Made by a program: the position numbers and the translations under genes
Notes under the pieces: model-generated
The model's input: the letters and a program-made list of their open reading frames with translations, nothing else
Told to the model about the DNA's origin: nothing
The model's database searches: none
Shown here: positions 38,121 through 51,157 of the stretch, piece by piece
Layout of the letters: each line of letters begins with the position of its first letter
Position numbering within the stretch: position 1 is the first letter of the stretch
Source: Octopus sinensis
Lineage: Eukaryota
DNA length: 64,000 nucleotides
Direction: 5' to 3'
Assembly (NCBI RefSeq): GCF_006345805.1
Contig: NC_042999.1
Span: forward strand, 70,494,001-70,558,000

Positions 38121-39238
38121 CATCATCATTTAACATCTGCTTTCCATGCTGACATGGGTTAGATGGTTTGACTGGAACTGGTAAACCGGAGGACTGTGTC
38201 AGGTTCCAGTCTGATTTGGCATGGTTTCTACAGCTGGATGCCCTTCCTAATGCCAACCACTCCATGAGTGTAATGGATGCTTTTTATGTGCCACCAGCAT
38301 GGGTGCCATTTACATGACACCAGCAATAGCCACAACTACAATTTCACAGGTGTTATTTCCATGACACTGGCAACAACTATGACTATGGTTTCACCTGGCT
38401 TGACAAGTCTTCTCAAGCAAGCATATTACCAAAGATCTCAGTCATTTGTCATCGCCGCCACGAGGCCCAATATTCAAAGATCATGCTTCATCACTTCGTC
38501 CCTCACCTCTGTGAGGCCCAATGTTCAAAGACCATGCTACCAGCAACGGCCACAATTATGATTTCACAGGTGTCATTTACACGACACCTGCAATGGCCAT
38601 AACTATAATTTCACAGGTGCCATTTACCGGACACTGGCAATGACCATGTCTACAATTTCACTTGGCTTGATGAATCTTCTCAAGCACAGCATATCACCAA
38701 AGGACTCTGTCACTAGTCATTGCCTCTGTGAGGCCCAACATTCAAGGATCATGCTTCACTACATCGTCCCATGTCTTCTTGGATCAACCGCTTCCACAGG
38801 TTCCCTCTGCAGTTAAAGAGCGGCACATCTTTACACAGCTGTTCTTGTCCAAATGCATCATATGACCATACCAACACATTCTTGCACACCACATCTGAAG
38901 CTTCTTATGCACAGTTTTTTTCTCAAGAACTTACATTTTGTCACACATGCACACTGATATTGCATGTCCAGCAAAACATACTAGCTTCATTTCTTTCAAG
39001 CCTTCCTGTGTCCTCTGTGGTCACAGCCCACATTTTACTGCTATGAAGCATGGCTATTCATACACAGGCAACATAGTCTACCTTTCATTCTGAGGGGGAG
39101 ACCCTTTGTTAACAATAGAGGCAGTAGCTCTCTGAACTTTGCCCAGTCTATTCTTATTCTAGCAGCTATTCTCTCAGACCATCTACCTTCACTGCTGACT
39201 TGGTTACCCAGATAACAGAAGCTATTAACTACTTCTAG
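38121..39238 (-). mobile_element. 5'-truncated RTE LINE (post-RT C-terminus, rearranged 3' UTR, GAT tail)
   Basis: LEVVNSFCYLGNQVSSEGRWSERIAARIRIDWAKFRELLPLLLTKG at the 5' end; RTE 3' UTR and (GAT)n at 38121. Confidence 0.9.
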
Positions 39239-39245
39239 GAATATA

Positions 39246-39281
<36 letters not shown>

Positions 39282-39905
39282 TGTATGTATGTATGTATGT
39301 ATGTATGTATGTATGTATGTATGTATGTATGTATGTATTTATGCATGTATGTATGTAGGTATGTATGTGTAGATGTATGTGTGTATGTGCATATATCTTG
39401 AGTTAAATGTCCAAGCAAACACAAAGAATAGGTGCTCAATGTATTAATTCTGAGTGTGAGAACTTTCAAACAAAAGACGTTTTGTTCTGTTCACATTCTC
39501 AAATGATATAAAAATATCTTATGTTGGATACACTGATTCATTAAAATATAAACACACATTTTATGCATTTGTGTATACACATACATACACACACACACAC
39601 ATATATATATAAATATATACTGTGTGTGCGTATGAGTGTCAGTGTACGTGTGTGTGTACACACACACATATATGTATATGTATACATGTATATATAAATA
39701 TTATATAGAAGCTATAATTTAAAGAAATTTTAAGAATAGCAATGGAGTATTTATTGATGGTTGTCAAGTTTATTATAAAATTTACGTTAACTACGACTTT
39801 GCTTTGCCCAACAATTTAACTGACCAACAAATTGATTGAGTTGTCAGAAGCTTAAAATTTCCCATCAACATAAACTCTATTTCTTTGTGCCTGTGCATGT
39901 GTGTG

Positions 39906-40105
39906 TAGCAAGCTGGCAGAAACGTTAGCATGCTGGGCGGAATGCTTAGCGGTATTTCGTTTGTTGTTACGTTCTGAGTTCAAATCCACCGAGGTCGACT
40001 TTGCCTTTCATCCTTTCGGGGTTGATAAATAAAGTACCAGTTTCGCACTGGGGTTGATGTAATCAACTTAATCCCTTTGTTTGTCCCCCTCTATGTTTAG
40101 CCCCT
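39906..40105 (+). mobile_element. SINE with Meta-domain-like core, well preserved
   Basis: GCAAGCTGGCAGAAACGTTAGC...GAGGTCGACTTTGCCTTTCATCCTTTCGGGGTTGATAAATAAAGTACCAG...GTTTAGCCCCTTG. Confidence 0.85.
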
Positions 40106-40123
40106 TGTAGGCAGTAAAGAAAT

Positions 40124-40168
<45 letters not shown>

Positions 40169-40357
40169 ATATATATATAATATATATATATATATATTAT
40201 ATATATATATATACATATATAATATATATATATATACACACACATATATATATATATATACATATATAATATATATATATATATACACACCATATATATA
40301 TATATACATATATATACATATATATCTATATATACATACATATACATACATATATAT

Positions 40358-40585
40358 GAAGGCAAGGATTATGGCAACATTCACCAACTTCAACAAGGAC
40401 GCCATCCAGAAGAGTTGCAGGATATTCCAAAGTTGTCTGGAGGCCTTGGTTGAATTTTATTGAATAAATTTACTCTTTAGTATTTCAAGATATTTATGTC
40501 ACTTTGGTAAATATATCTGTTAAAATCAGATGTCAGTATAATTTTCATTTTTGTGCAATTTACATGACAATATTTTTACCACACC

Positions 40586-40589
<4 letters not shown>
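40358..40589 (+). mobile_element. 3' end of DD37D transposon
   Basis: Reverse complement of ~5190-5425 (GCAAGGATTATGGCAACATTCACCAACTT...TTGAATAAATTTACTCTTTAG...TTAAAATCAGATGTCAGTAT). Confidence 0.85.
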
Positions 40590-40626
<37 letters not shown>

Positions 40627-40667
40627 TTGTGTGTATGTATATATATATGTATGTGTATATATATATA

Positions 40668-40699
<32 letters not shown>

Positions 40700-40791
40700 C
40701 TATATAATATTATATATATATATATATACATGGTGTGGTGAATATATTGTCATCTAACTTATACAAAAATGAAAATAACTGAAATCTGATT

Positions 40792-41255
40792 TGTGCTTGA
40801 GAAGACCCATGAAGCCAAGAGAAATCGTAGTTGTGGTTGATACTGGTGTCACATAACTGGCATCTGCACCAGTGGCAGGTAAAAAGCACCTTTCAAGTGT
40901 TAGGCCTCGTGGATGCAAAATGGCTGAGCTCCTTTCAAGTGTTGGGCCTCATAGAGGCAACAACTGAGACATTTGACATTATGTTGTGCTTGGGAAGAAG
41001 ACCCATCAAGCCAAGTAAAACTGCAGTTGTGGAAGATACAGGTGTCATGCAAATGGCACTCATGCTGGTAGCACATAAAAGCACCCATTGCACTCTTGGA
41101 GTGTTTGGCATTAGGAAGGGCATCCAGCTGTAGAAATCATGCCAAATCACACTGGAATCTGGTGGAGCCTTCCAGCTTGGCAGCCTTGATGAAACAGTTC
41201 AAACTATGCCAGCATGGACAGTAGACGTTAAATGATGGTGATGATGATGATGATA
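40792..41255 (+). mobile_element. RTE LINE 3' fragment (ORF end, 3' UTR, GAT tail)
   Basis: GTGCTTGAGAAGACCCATGAAGCCAAG start as in 56350-56820; ends GTAGACGTTAAATGATGGTGATGATGATG. Confidence 0.85.
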
Positions 41256-41261
41256 TATATT

Positions 41262-41446
41262 TCTGTGTTCCTTTCTATTGAAGAGTGTAGACTTGAAAGA
41301 AAAAAGACTTTCTCACTTCCTGAGCGTTAAACTAATACATCTGTTTGTTATTTACACATCCGTCTCATGCCACTGGTTACTCTTAGTTCTTTCACTTCAT
41401 TTTTTTTATTCATATATATACAGACACGCATGTATGTATGTGTGTG

Positions 41447-41479
<33 letters not shown>

Positions 41480-41800
41480 GCATATACATATACACATGTG
41501 TTTGTGTGTGTGTATATATATTATATATATATATAATATATTATATATATATATATACATACATACATACATACATACATACATACATAGATATTTATAC
41601 ATATATATATATATTGAAAAGTTATATATATATATATATTCGCCATGCTTGACTGCTAAATCCACAGGATTTTTCATTCTCTCTCTATTTATTTTCTCGT
41701 ATTCCTTAAAACGTAAAAGACTTTTTCATTTTCCTGAGTATCAAACTAATATACCTGCGTGTTGTTCATAAACCTGTCCTTGTCTTTTGTTCTCCTCTTT
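41262..41800 (+). mobile_element. Two decayed PLE pseudo-LTR units separated by microsatellite
   Basis: AAAAGACTTTCTCACTTCCTGAGCGTTAAACTAATACATCTG (41303) and AAAAGACTTTTTCATTTTCCTGAGTATCAAACTAATATACCTG (41716), both matching the reverse complement of 26570-26620. Confidence 0.7.
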
Positions 41801-42205
41801 TACTCTTTTACTTCTTTCAGTCATTTGACTGTGGCCATGCTGGAGCACCGCCTTTAGTCGAACAAATCGACCCCAGGACTTGTTCTCTGTAAGCCTAGTA
41901 CTTATTATATCGGTCTCTATTTGCCGAACCACTAAGTTACGGGGACGTAAACACACCAGCATCAGTTGTCAAGTGATGTTGGGGGGACAAACACAGAACA
42001 CAAACATATACACACACATACCTACATATACATACATATATACGACGAGCTTCTTTCAGTTTCCATCTACAAAATCCACTCACAAGGCTTTGGTCGGCCC
42101 GAGGCTATAGAAGAAGACACTTGTCCAAGGTGTCACACAGTGGGACTGAACCCGGGATTATGTGGTTCGTAAGCAAGCTACTTACCATACAGCCACTTCT
42201 ACGCC
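41800..42205 (-). mobile_element. tRNA-derived CORE-like SINE, near complete
   Basis: Reverse complement of the 31800 family over its whole length; a similar copy is at ~47290-47640. Confidence 0.88.
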
Positions 42206-42241
42206 TTAAATTTCCTACACCTATAAATTTCAACTATAGAT

Positions 42242-42273
<32 letters not shown>

Positions 42274-42310
42274 GTATACATTTATATATATATATACATA
42301 CAATATATAT

Positions 42311-42366
<56 letters not shown>

Positions 42367-42414
42367 TATATGTATACATATGTATACGTATACATACAGA
42401 TATATATAATATAT

Positions 42415-43328
42415 ATATATAAAAAGGAAATGAAGAAAATGCTGACAAAATAATTTAAGTAAGGGAGAGTTGTTTAATTAGGTGAAAGTTCTTTTTACCG
42501 GTTGCGCATTTGTTATGCTTATCAAAAGATATTTTTTTAAGAGAGATAGAGTTCCTTTCTGATAGATTTTTTTCTCTTATCTGACTTTATGTTGGGTTTG
42601 CTGTCTCTTATATGTGAAAAAAGAGACTCCACACACACACACACACGCGCACGCGCGCACACACACATACATACATATAGCTCTTCCTGTCCTAAACGAA
42701 CTTACTTATCCAGCTCAAATTCAGTCAAGCGCAAAATACACTCCTTAACCACGCCCTAAAAAGCTATTTAAAATATCCACATGACGTCTACTGATCAGCC
42801 TGAACAATAAGAATTTTCAACAAAGCTATTTTCGAAAACTCCATACACCACCCACACCAACATTCATTCTAAACATTCATGTGACCTCTCTATTATGACC
42901 ACATCCAAGTGACCTCTTTATTATGACCAATAAGAAATTTTAGGTGCAACACTAGCCAAATTTTAACATCTCTGGAGCCTATTTTCTTACCCCAACACCA
43001 ACTTCCATTCAAACATTCACGTGACCCCTTTATAATGACCAATCAAAATTGTATTGACCATTGTCCACAAGAAATTTTAGGCGCGAAACCAAGCAAATCT
43101 TAAACAACTCTGGAGCCTCTTTTTTCACATATAAGAGACAGCAAACCCAACATAAAGTCAGATAAGAGAAAAAAATCTATCAGAAAGGAACTCTATCTCT
43201 CTTAAAAAAATATCTTTTGATAAGCATAACAAATGCGCAACCGGTAAAAAGAACTTTCACCTAATTAACAACTCTCCCTTACTTAAATTATTTTGTCAGC
43301 ATTTTCTTCATTTCCTTTTTTTATATAT
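42415..43328. repeat. Long inverted repeat, ~215-bp arms (42415-42631 and 43111-43328), ~98% identical
   Basis: The arms differ by one substitution and about three 1-2 nt indels; 480-bp spacer contains a CA tract and tandem subrepeats. MITE/foldback or local inverted duplication. Confidence 0.95.
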
Positions 43329-43378
43329 CACAACTCGTGTTCCACATCTCCTTTTTTAAATATATATATATATATATA

Positions 43379-44946
43379 TCATCATCATCATCATCATCGT
43401 TTTTGTGTCTGTTTTCCATGCTAGCATGGGTTGGATGGTTCGACTGGGGTCTGGGAAGCCAGGAGGCTGCATTAAGCTCCAGCCTGATCTGGCAGTGTTT
43501 CAACAGCTGGATGCCCTTCCTAACGCCAACCACTCCATGAGTGTAGTGGGTGCTTTTTACGTGCCAGCTGCACAGAAGCCAGTCAAGGCAGTGCTGGCAT
43601 CAGCCATGTATGGATGGTGCATTTTACATGCCACTGGTACAGGTATCACAATTTCCATTTGATATTTCAATGTTGATGCACTTGACTCAATAGGTCTCCT
43701 GAAGCACAGCAGGTCACCCTACGATCCAAGGTAAGTACAGCAGGCCGTCCTGCAATCCAAGGCACTTTGGAAGGGCTGGGGCTTCTATGTGAAGCTGGTG
43801 CAGGAAACAGCCATGAACTCACATTATTTGACGGGTCTTCGCAGTCACAACATATCTCCAGAGGTCTCGGTCTTCCGTCATTGCCTCTGTGAGACCCAAC
43901 GTTCGAAGGTCATGCTTGACCACCTCATCCCATGTCTTCCTGGGTCTACCTCTACCCCGGATTCCTTCATCTGTTTGGGAGTGGCACTTCTTCACACATC
44001 TCTCCTCATCCATCTGTAGTACATGACCATACCAGCGCAGACGTCTCTCTTGCACGCCACATCCAATGCTTCTTATGTCCAGCATTTCTCTCAGGGCACT
44101 TACACTCTGCTGTGTATGCACACTGACATTACACATCCTGCGGATCATGTTAGCTTCATTTCTTTCAAGCTCTGCAGTCCTCTGCAGTCACAGCCCATGT
44201 TTCACTACCGTGAAGCATGGCAGTTCGCACACATGTGTCGTACAATATATCTTTCATTCTGAGTGAGAGACCCTTTGTCACCAGTAGGAGTAGGCGCTTC
44301 CTGAACTTTGCCCAGGCTATTCTTATTCTAGTGGTAACACTCTCTGAGCATCCACCCCCACTACTAACTTGGTCACCTAGGTAGCGGAAACTACCAACTA
44401 CTTCTAGTTTCTCCCCCAGGAGGGTAATAGAATCTGTTTTCTGAGTATCAATGGTGTCTATTTCCCCTATGCATCTGCTGCACACGAAAGCTATCTTCTC
44501 GGTTAATTTTCCTTTGATGATGCTGCACCTCCTATGTGTCCATAGCTTACACTAGGTACATCTTATGGAGTTTCTACCTACACCTTTTCTACAGATTGAG
44601 CACACTGAAGGAGTGTGTGGTGTGTTTGTCTTCCTACTTACTAGGACTTTGGTCTTTACTACATTGACTCTAAGGCCTTTTGATTCTAAACCTAGCTTCC
44701 ACACCTGAAATTTTTTTTATAGTTCCGGAAGTGATTCTGCTATGAGGACCAGGTCATCAGCATATAGGAGCTCCCAGGGGCAACCCGTCTTGAATTCCTC
44801 TGTTATTGCCTAGAGGACTATGGTGAATAAAAGGGGACTGAGGGCTGAACCTTGGCGGACCCCTACTTCTACCCGGAATTCTTCACTATACTCGTTGCCA
44901 ATCCTAACCTTGCTGACAGCCTCTCTGTATAGGGCCTGTACAGCCC
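43379..44946 (-). mobile_element. RTE LINE 3' half (RT core to GAT tail), decayed
   Basis: AVQALYREAVSKVRIGNEYSEEFRVEVGVRQGSALSPLLFTIVL, ELLYADDLVLIAE, LEVVGSFRYLGDQV, RLRWYGHVLQM...GRGRPRKTWDEVV, then the 3' UTR and (GAT)n. Confidence 0.95.
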
Positions 44947-45412
44947 CAAGTATATATATATACAAACACACGGAGAGAGAGGGAGGGAGAAACATACACT
45001 CATACACACACACATATGCATGATTGAATGTGTGTGTGTGTGTGTGTGTGTGTGTATTTGTATGTATATATGAATGAATGTATGTATACAGATTCATTCA
45101 TGCACATGCCTACATAAACATAGAGAGTGGGAGGAGAGAGTGAAGGGAAGAGATAAAGACAAGGGTAGGGCTAGACAATAAAAGAAAAGAATGGGATATG
45201 TTGATGTGTACATGTCTGAGTGAGGGAGAGGGTGCAGTTAGAAGCGGGGCTGGGATGAAGCAAAATGGTGTTGAGGCAAAACGTAGGAAAGAAAATTTAT
45301 AGAAAGAAACGCTTAAAGAATGAGAAGAAATGGAAGTGCTAGATGCATGAACACAAAAGTGATTATATGCGGTTGCATATGCATGTGCACGTGCACAAAT
45401 ATATATATACAC

Positions 45413-45447
<35 letters not shown>

Positions 45448-45597
45448 AGTGTGTGTGTGTGTGAGTGTGTATGTATACAATTATGGGCTTTAACTACAGC
45501 ATTTTTTGCTCTTATTTCTAGTAATGTAGGTGTTCTAACACCTTAGTCATATTTAGTGATAATTATAGTTTTCCTTTTTGGTAAACATGCATACAGC

Positions 45598-45652
<55 letters not shown>

Positions 45653-45656
<4 letters not shown>

Positions 45657-45811
45657 AAGAATACAGTGTACGTTCAAACACAAAGAGATACCCGAAGAAT
45701 AGGATAACAACAATTGGCGGCTTGATGTTTTTAACTGCTCTTTCTAGCGAGTCAGATATCCTATTCTTCAGGTATCTCTTTTGTGTTTGAACGTACACTG
45801 TATTCTTCTTT
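45653..45811. repeat. Hairpin-forming inverted repeat, ~54-bp arms with 50-bp loop, next to a TA tract
   Basis: AAAGAAGAATACAGTGTACGTTCAAACACAAAGAGATACCCGAAGAATAGGATA versus TATCCTATTCTTCAGGTATCTCTTTTGTGTTTGAACGTACACTGTATTCTTCTTT: one indel, one mismatch. Confidence 0.95.
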
Positions 45812-45903
45812 GAACAATATATAGTCTATTGACTAATTTTTTCTTTCTCGCTAGACCACTGGTAACTAAGAATTTTTCTATGAATATTCTTGCTACCCTA
45901 AGA

Positions 45904-45939
<36 letters not shown>

Positions 45940-46052
45940 TGTATTAAAAAGTGAAACCAGTCAAGTCAATAAAGCTCTTTAAAAGACCTCTGCATTTTCA
46001 AACCTCTTCCCTATATATTTTCACTTGTGCAGTACCTTGCAATGTTACTTTG

Positions 46053-46128
<76 letters not shown>

Positions 46129-46187
46129 TATATACACATACATACTTATATATTTATATATATGTATATATATATATATATTATAAT

Positions 46188-46260
<73 letters not shown>

Positions 46261-46316
46261 TATATATATATATATATAATATATATATATATAATAATAT
46301 ATATATATATATAAAA

Positions 46317-46354
<38 letters not shown>

Positions 46355-46373
46355 AATATATAATATATATATA

Positions 46374-46405
<32 letters not shown>

Positions 46406-46431
46406 GATATATTACTATATATATATAATAT

Positions 46432-46497
<66 letters not shown>

Positions 46498-46599
46498 TAT
46501 ATATATATATAATATATATATATATAGATATATATATAATATAATATATATTATTTATATATACACACATACATACATATATATTATATATATAGGTGG

Positions 46600-46890
46600 T
46601 GGAGCTCTGAAAGGGGTCTCAGGGAGTAGTGTCCCTGTCTTCCTGAGCTTGTTTTCCACCACATTTCTTAAAAATCGTGGTAGAGGCCTTGGTCTTGGAA
46701 CCACGTATGTCTAGAAACTGAGGTTGGGAGTAAGCAAGGGCATGCTCCCCGTAGAAAATCCAGCTCAAAAAAAGCCTCATGACAGCAAAAGAGAATGGGC
46801 ACGAGCCTACCTTGGTTGCTATAGCAATGAGATAGATCTGGCCACCCCCATTAACGGGGGCAAAACCTGGATTTAAAACACTGGATGATG
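46600..46890 (+). mobile_element. Probable 3' end of a second RTE-like family
   Basis: GGTTGGGAGTAAGCAAGGGCATGCTCCCCGTAGAAAATCC resembles the RTE 3' UTR motif; ends in GATGATGGTGAT. Confidence 0.4.
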
Positions 46891-47057
46891 GTGATATCCA
46901 CACACACACACATACATACATACATACATACATACATACATACATACATACATACATAAATACATATATACACACACACATGCACACACACACACACATA
47001 TATATATATGTATACACATTTGGTGTATGTGTTTGTGTCTGTGCATGTGTGTGTGTA

Positions 47058-47105
<48 letters not shown>

Positions 47106-47789
47106 GAGGACCATTGCTTGTCTGCCAGAGAAAGCCTTGCAAAAGACTGTGCCTTGGAGTGGACCTTTCCAGGTGCAATTTGACTGTCTGTTGTAACAGA
47201 TGACAAAGAACACTTTTATAAATGTGTATGTATGTATGTATGTATGTATGTATGCATGTATGTATTATGTATGTATGTATTCTATTATTCTTTTATTCTT
47301 TTATTTGTTTCAGTCATTTGACTGCAACCATGCTGGAGCACCACCTTTAGCCGAAACAAATCAACCCCAGGACTTATTCTAGTACTTATTTTATAGGTCT
47401 CTTTTGCTGAACCACTAGGTTACAGGGATGTAAACAAACCAACACCAGTTGTCAAACGATGTTGGGGGACAAATACAGACATACAAACATATGTATATAC
47501 ATATATACGACGGGCTTCTTTCAGTTTCCGTCTACCAAATCCACTCACAAGACTTTGGTTGGCCCGAGGCTATAGTAGAAGACACTTGTCCAAGGTGTCA
47601 CGCAGTGGGACTGATCCTGTAGGCATGTGGTTGGTAAGCAAATACTCATATACTTACTTATGTATAGATGTATGCATATATACAACCCCCACCACATATA
47701 CACATGTACATATGTATGTATGTATGCCTCTATATGTATGTACATATATATGTATAATATTCATACACACACACATGTATGTATGAGCA

Positions 47790-47835
<46 letters not shown>

Positions 47836-48170
47836 TATATATATATATGCATATATATACTCATGCACACATATATTTCCTCATCACCAGCATCACCATT
47901 TTACATATACTTCTCCATACTGGCAAGAGTTTGATGGGTCGTCATGGTCCAAATCACTTCCTAAATACTTTTTGCGAATACATTTCACATATGTGCACAT
48001 TTCATGTATATGTGTGTAAATATACACACACATACATACATATGCATATATATTTATATATACAATACACGCACACACACATACATACATACATACACAC
48101 ATACATACATACATACATACATACACACATACATACATACATACATATATACATACATCATATATATATA

Positions 48171-48209
<39 letters not shown>

Positions 48210-48439
48210 TATATATATATACAACCAAATATACACACACATACATACATTGATACAATCATACACGCACACACTGATACGTGTGCACACGCACACACAC
48301 ACACACATTTACTCATGCATACAAACATACATATTCATTGAGAACGTAAGAGGGAGGGAGCCAGACAGAAAAAAAAAAAAAACTAATGTTGGTATTTGTT
48401 GATGTGTATATATCTGAGTGAGGAGGGTGTAATTAAAAG

Positions 48440-48730
48440 GAGAAGGGAGGGGGAAAGAAAGTGGCGTGGCGGAAGAAAATGGCGGGTGGGTGGATGGGTG
48501 GGGGAGGCCGGAGAAAATGAGAGAGAAAGAGAGAGAGTAAGAGAAAGAGAGTGCACTTTAACAAGTTGACATCATATAGTGTTACCTCCTAAACTGGAAC
48601 AGAAGTCGAAGAATATTGGGAGCCGAAAGTACTTTATTCCTTCCTTTTCAAGCATTACTTCCAAGAGGCACGACGTTTCGAAATTTTTCATGTAACTTCA
48701 AATCTCCACAACAAGCAATCGGTAATAATA
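48440..48730. promoter_or_regulatory. CpG-retaining promoter-like patch with YY1-like motif and donor sites on both strands
   Basis: About 10 CpGs in ~290 bp of non-repeat sequence; AAGAAAATGGCGG at ~48473-48485; plus donor TCG/GTAATA (48721/48722); minus donor GAG/GTAACA (48586/48585). Confidence 0.4.
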
Positions 48731-48754
48731 ATAATATTAATAATAATAATAATA

Positions 48755-48797
<43 letters not shown>

Positions 48798-48812
48798 TAG
48801 CAATAACAATAA
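48722..48812. repeat. (AAT)n microsatellite
   Basis: Directly visible. Confidence 0.98.
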
Positions 48813-49417
48813 TAGTTTCTATAACAGAAATAAGAGAAATAAATAGTGCTAGTAGCAAATAAGTATGGGAGGTAAGTTGAAATTTTAAAACATATTTATT
48901 TCATTGCAGCAATTGTTTTCTCTTTCTTTCTTTCATTCTTTGTTTCCTTGTTCTTTCTATCATTCTTTCTTCCTTTTCATTCTCTCTTTCTTTCTCTCTC
49001 TTTTTCTTTCTTTCTTTCTTTCCTTCTTTAATTTTCCTGTTTTGAAAAAAAAAAGAGGAGAAAATAATTTCAAAATGATTTAAACTGTAAAATTATTGCT
49101 TTTCTGTTCTTTCTTTCTTCAGCTATTTTCAGTTCCTAAATAAAACATGTTCGTCAGCAGAAATTGTTGTTCCCTGTATATTGCTTTATATATGCATGCA
49201 CGCGCGCGCGCACGCACACACACACACACACACAAACAGGCACACATACACACACACACACACACACAAACAGACACACACACACACTTAAATATATGCA
49301 CATACATATGTAAATATATGAATGTGTATATGTGTGTGTGTGTGTGTGTATTTATACATATATAAAGAGAGAGAGAGAGAGATAGAGAAAAGGGAGGATA
49401 GATAGATAGATAGATAC

Positions 49418-49458
<41 letters not shown>

Positions 49459-49619
49459 GTGATTGATTGGTATATAGATGAATAGACTGATGTAGGCAAA
49501 AATAGACATTATGATAGGCACTCTTGCTGATTTCAACAAATGAGAGAGTGTTCCAATTTTCATGTTACTTAATTATTGGAGCTAACAAATCATTAAAAAA
49601 AGAAGCCATTCAATGTTTT

Positions 49620-49830
49620 GGTTTTCTGTTGATGTTCTTGTTTATCCCCAGGTTAGCCTTGATTGAACAGATCTATGATCTAAGGCATTCCAACTGTGAC
49701 CATCCCACCTTTTTTGATGAGCTGAGAACCCAGGACGACATTATCCATTGTAGTCCTTCTCTAAGATGGCAGGGTGTGATTTGAGGGAATACAGCTGCTA
49801 TTTCTAACAGTTTCAGTGACCACATATAGG
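49620..49830. mobile_element. Dispersed SINE-like repeat with (GTT)n/(AAC)n end
   Basis: TGTTTATCCCCAGGTTAGCCTTGATT...ATTCCAACTGTGACCATC...GTGTGATTTGAGGG...GCTGCTATTTCTA; recurs at ~51080-51450, 53750-54050 and on the opposite strand at ~7750-8060 and 8860-9130. Confidence 0.7.
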
Positions 49831-50106
49831 CAAATCATTAATTCAAACATGTTTGGTCTGGAGAAAGAAGCTGAACTCATGGGACCATCTGAGACTAAAA
49901 AATATTGACATGACTGATGGTCTTGAACATGTGCAAACTGATACCCACATTAGATCGTTGTGTACGTGGCCATGTATTACAGATTTGTAGGCACTTATTT
50001 TGCAAATTCAACCTGAATTTATGATAGTAAACACTTCCCATGAAGTAGGATCATATCCAGACAGTTGAAAGTGTGAATCAAACTTCTTAACCACACAGCC
50101 ATGTAA

Positions 50107-50161
<55 letters not shown>

Positions 50162-51157
50162 CTTATGGTGAATGACTAAAAGAATATATATAATTACCCA
50201 TCTATCTATCTATCTCTTTCTATATATATATGTATTGTTTGTTTTTATATCAAGTTATTATAAAAAAATATTTTATATTACATTAAACTGAAGGATTACT
50301 CAATACTTTTTGCAGGGGACATATCAGTCCAATAAAAGCTAAGCAGGCACTAAGAAGACAGAAACTTCAAAATCACTGTCAATACAATTCTTGTTAAATA
50401 ATAGTATAATATAATACACACACACACACAAGAATATATACATAAATACTTACATACCCAAATAGATGCAAGTGAATATGTTTGATAAATATGCCTTTGC
50501 TGTTCCCTTAGACACTGTGTATATATATGTGTGTGTGTGTGTGATGGACTCTCCCATCATTAGATGACATATGAGGGTTTGACAATTTCTTATTGAACAA
50601 CCACACAGATGATTTGTTTATAGCGATCAAATGTTTGTGTACACATAAGTTCACTCCCTCTATCAAATTGACATTACCTGTACAGGTGCAACGGGTGCCA
50701 GATGTCAGATGATGAAATGATTGCATATATATATATATATATATATTCCAATGTCTGTATGCATATGTATGTATGAATGCATTCATGTGTATGTTTAAAT
50801 AAGCTGCTAAAGTGAAACTTTAAGCTCCAGTCAATTCCAATATGATCAATAAATTTGACTCTACTAATAGTATTGAGTCCCACCCAAATGTTTGTTATTA
50901 TCCATAATTTTTATTGATTAACATGGCATATTGCATTTATGATATCTATATATATGTATGTATGTATGTGTGTGTGTATATGTATGTATGCATATATAAA
51001 ACACCTGTTCACTTTGATAAACTTGCAATGCAGTTGTTAAATCAATGAAGGTACCAATATTTTAAAAAGTTCTTTTTAATTTGTTGTTGTTGTTGTTTAA
51101 CCCAGGTCAGTCCGGTATCCCTTTTTTTTTCTTTTTCTTTTTCTAACCTTCAATCAG

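Noticed and set aside
46055-46592. Irregular TA array as a structured higher-order repeat
   Set aside because: Interruptions look random and are compatible with slippage or sequencing error.
48660-48710. CGAAACGTCG (minus strand) as another hammerhead
   Set aside because: No CUGANGA-like core or stem I partner upstream.
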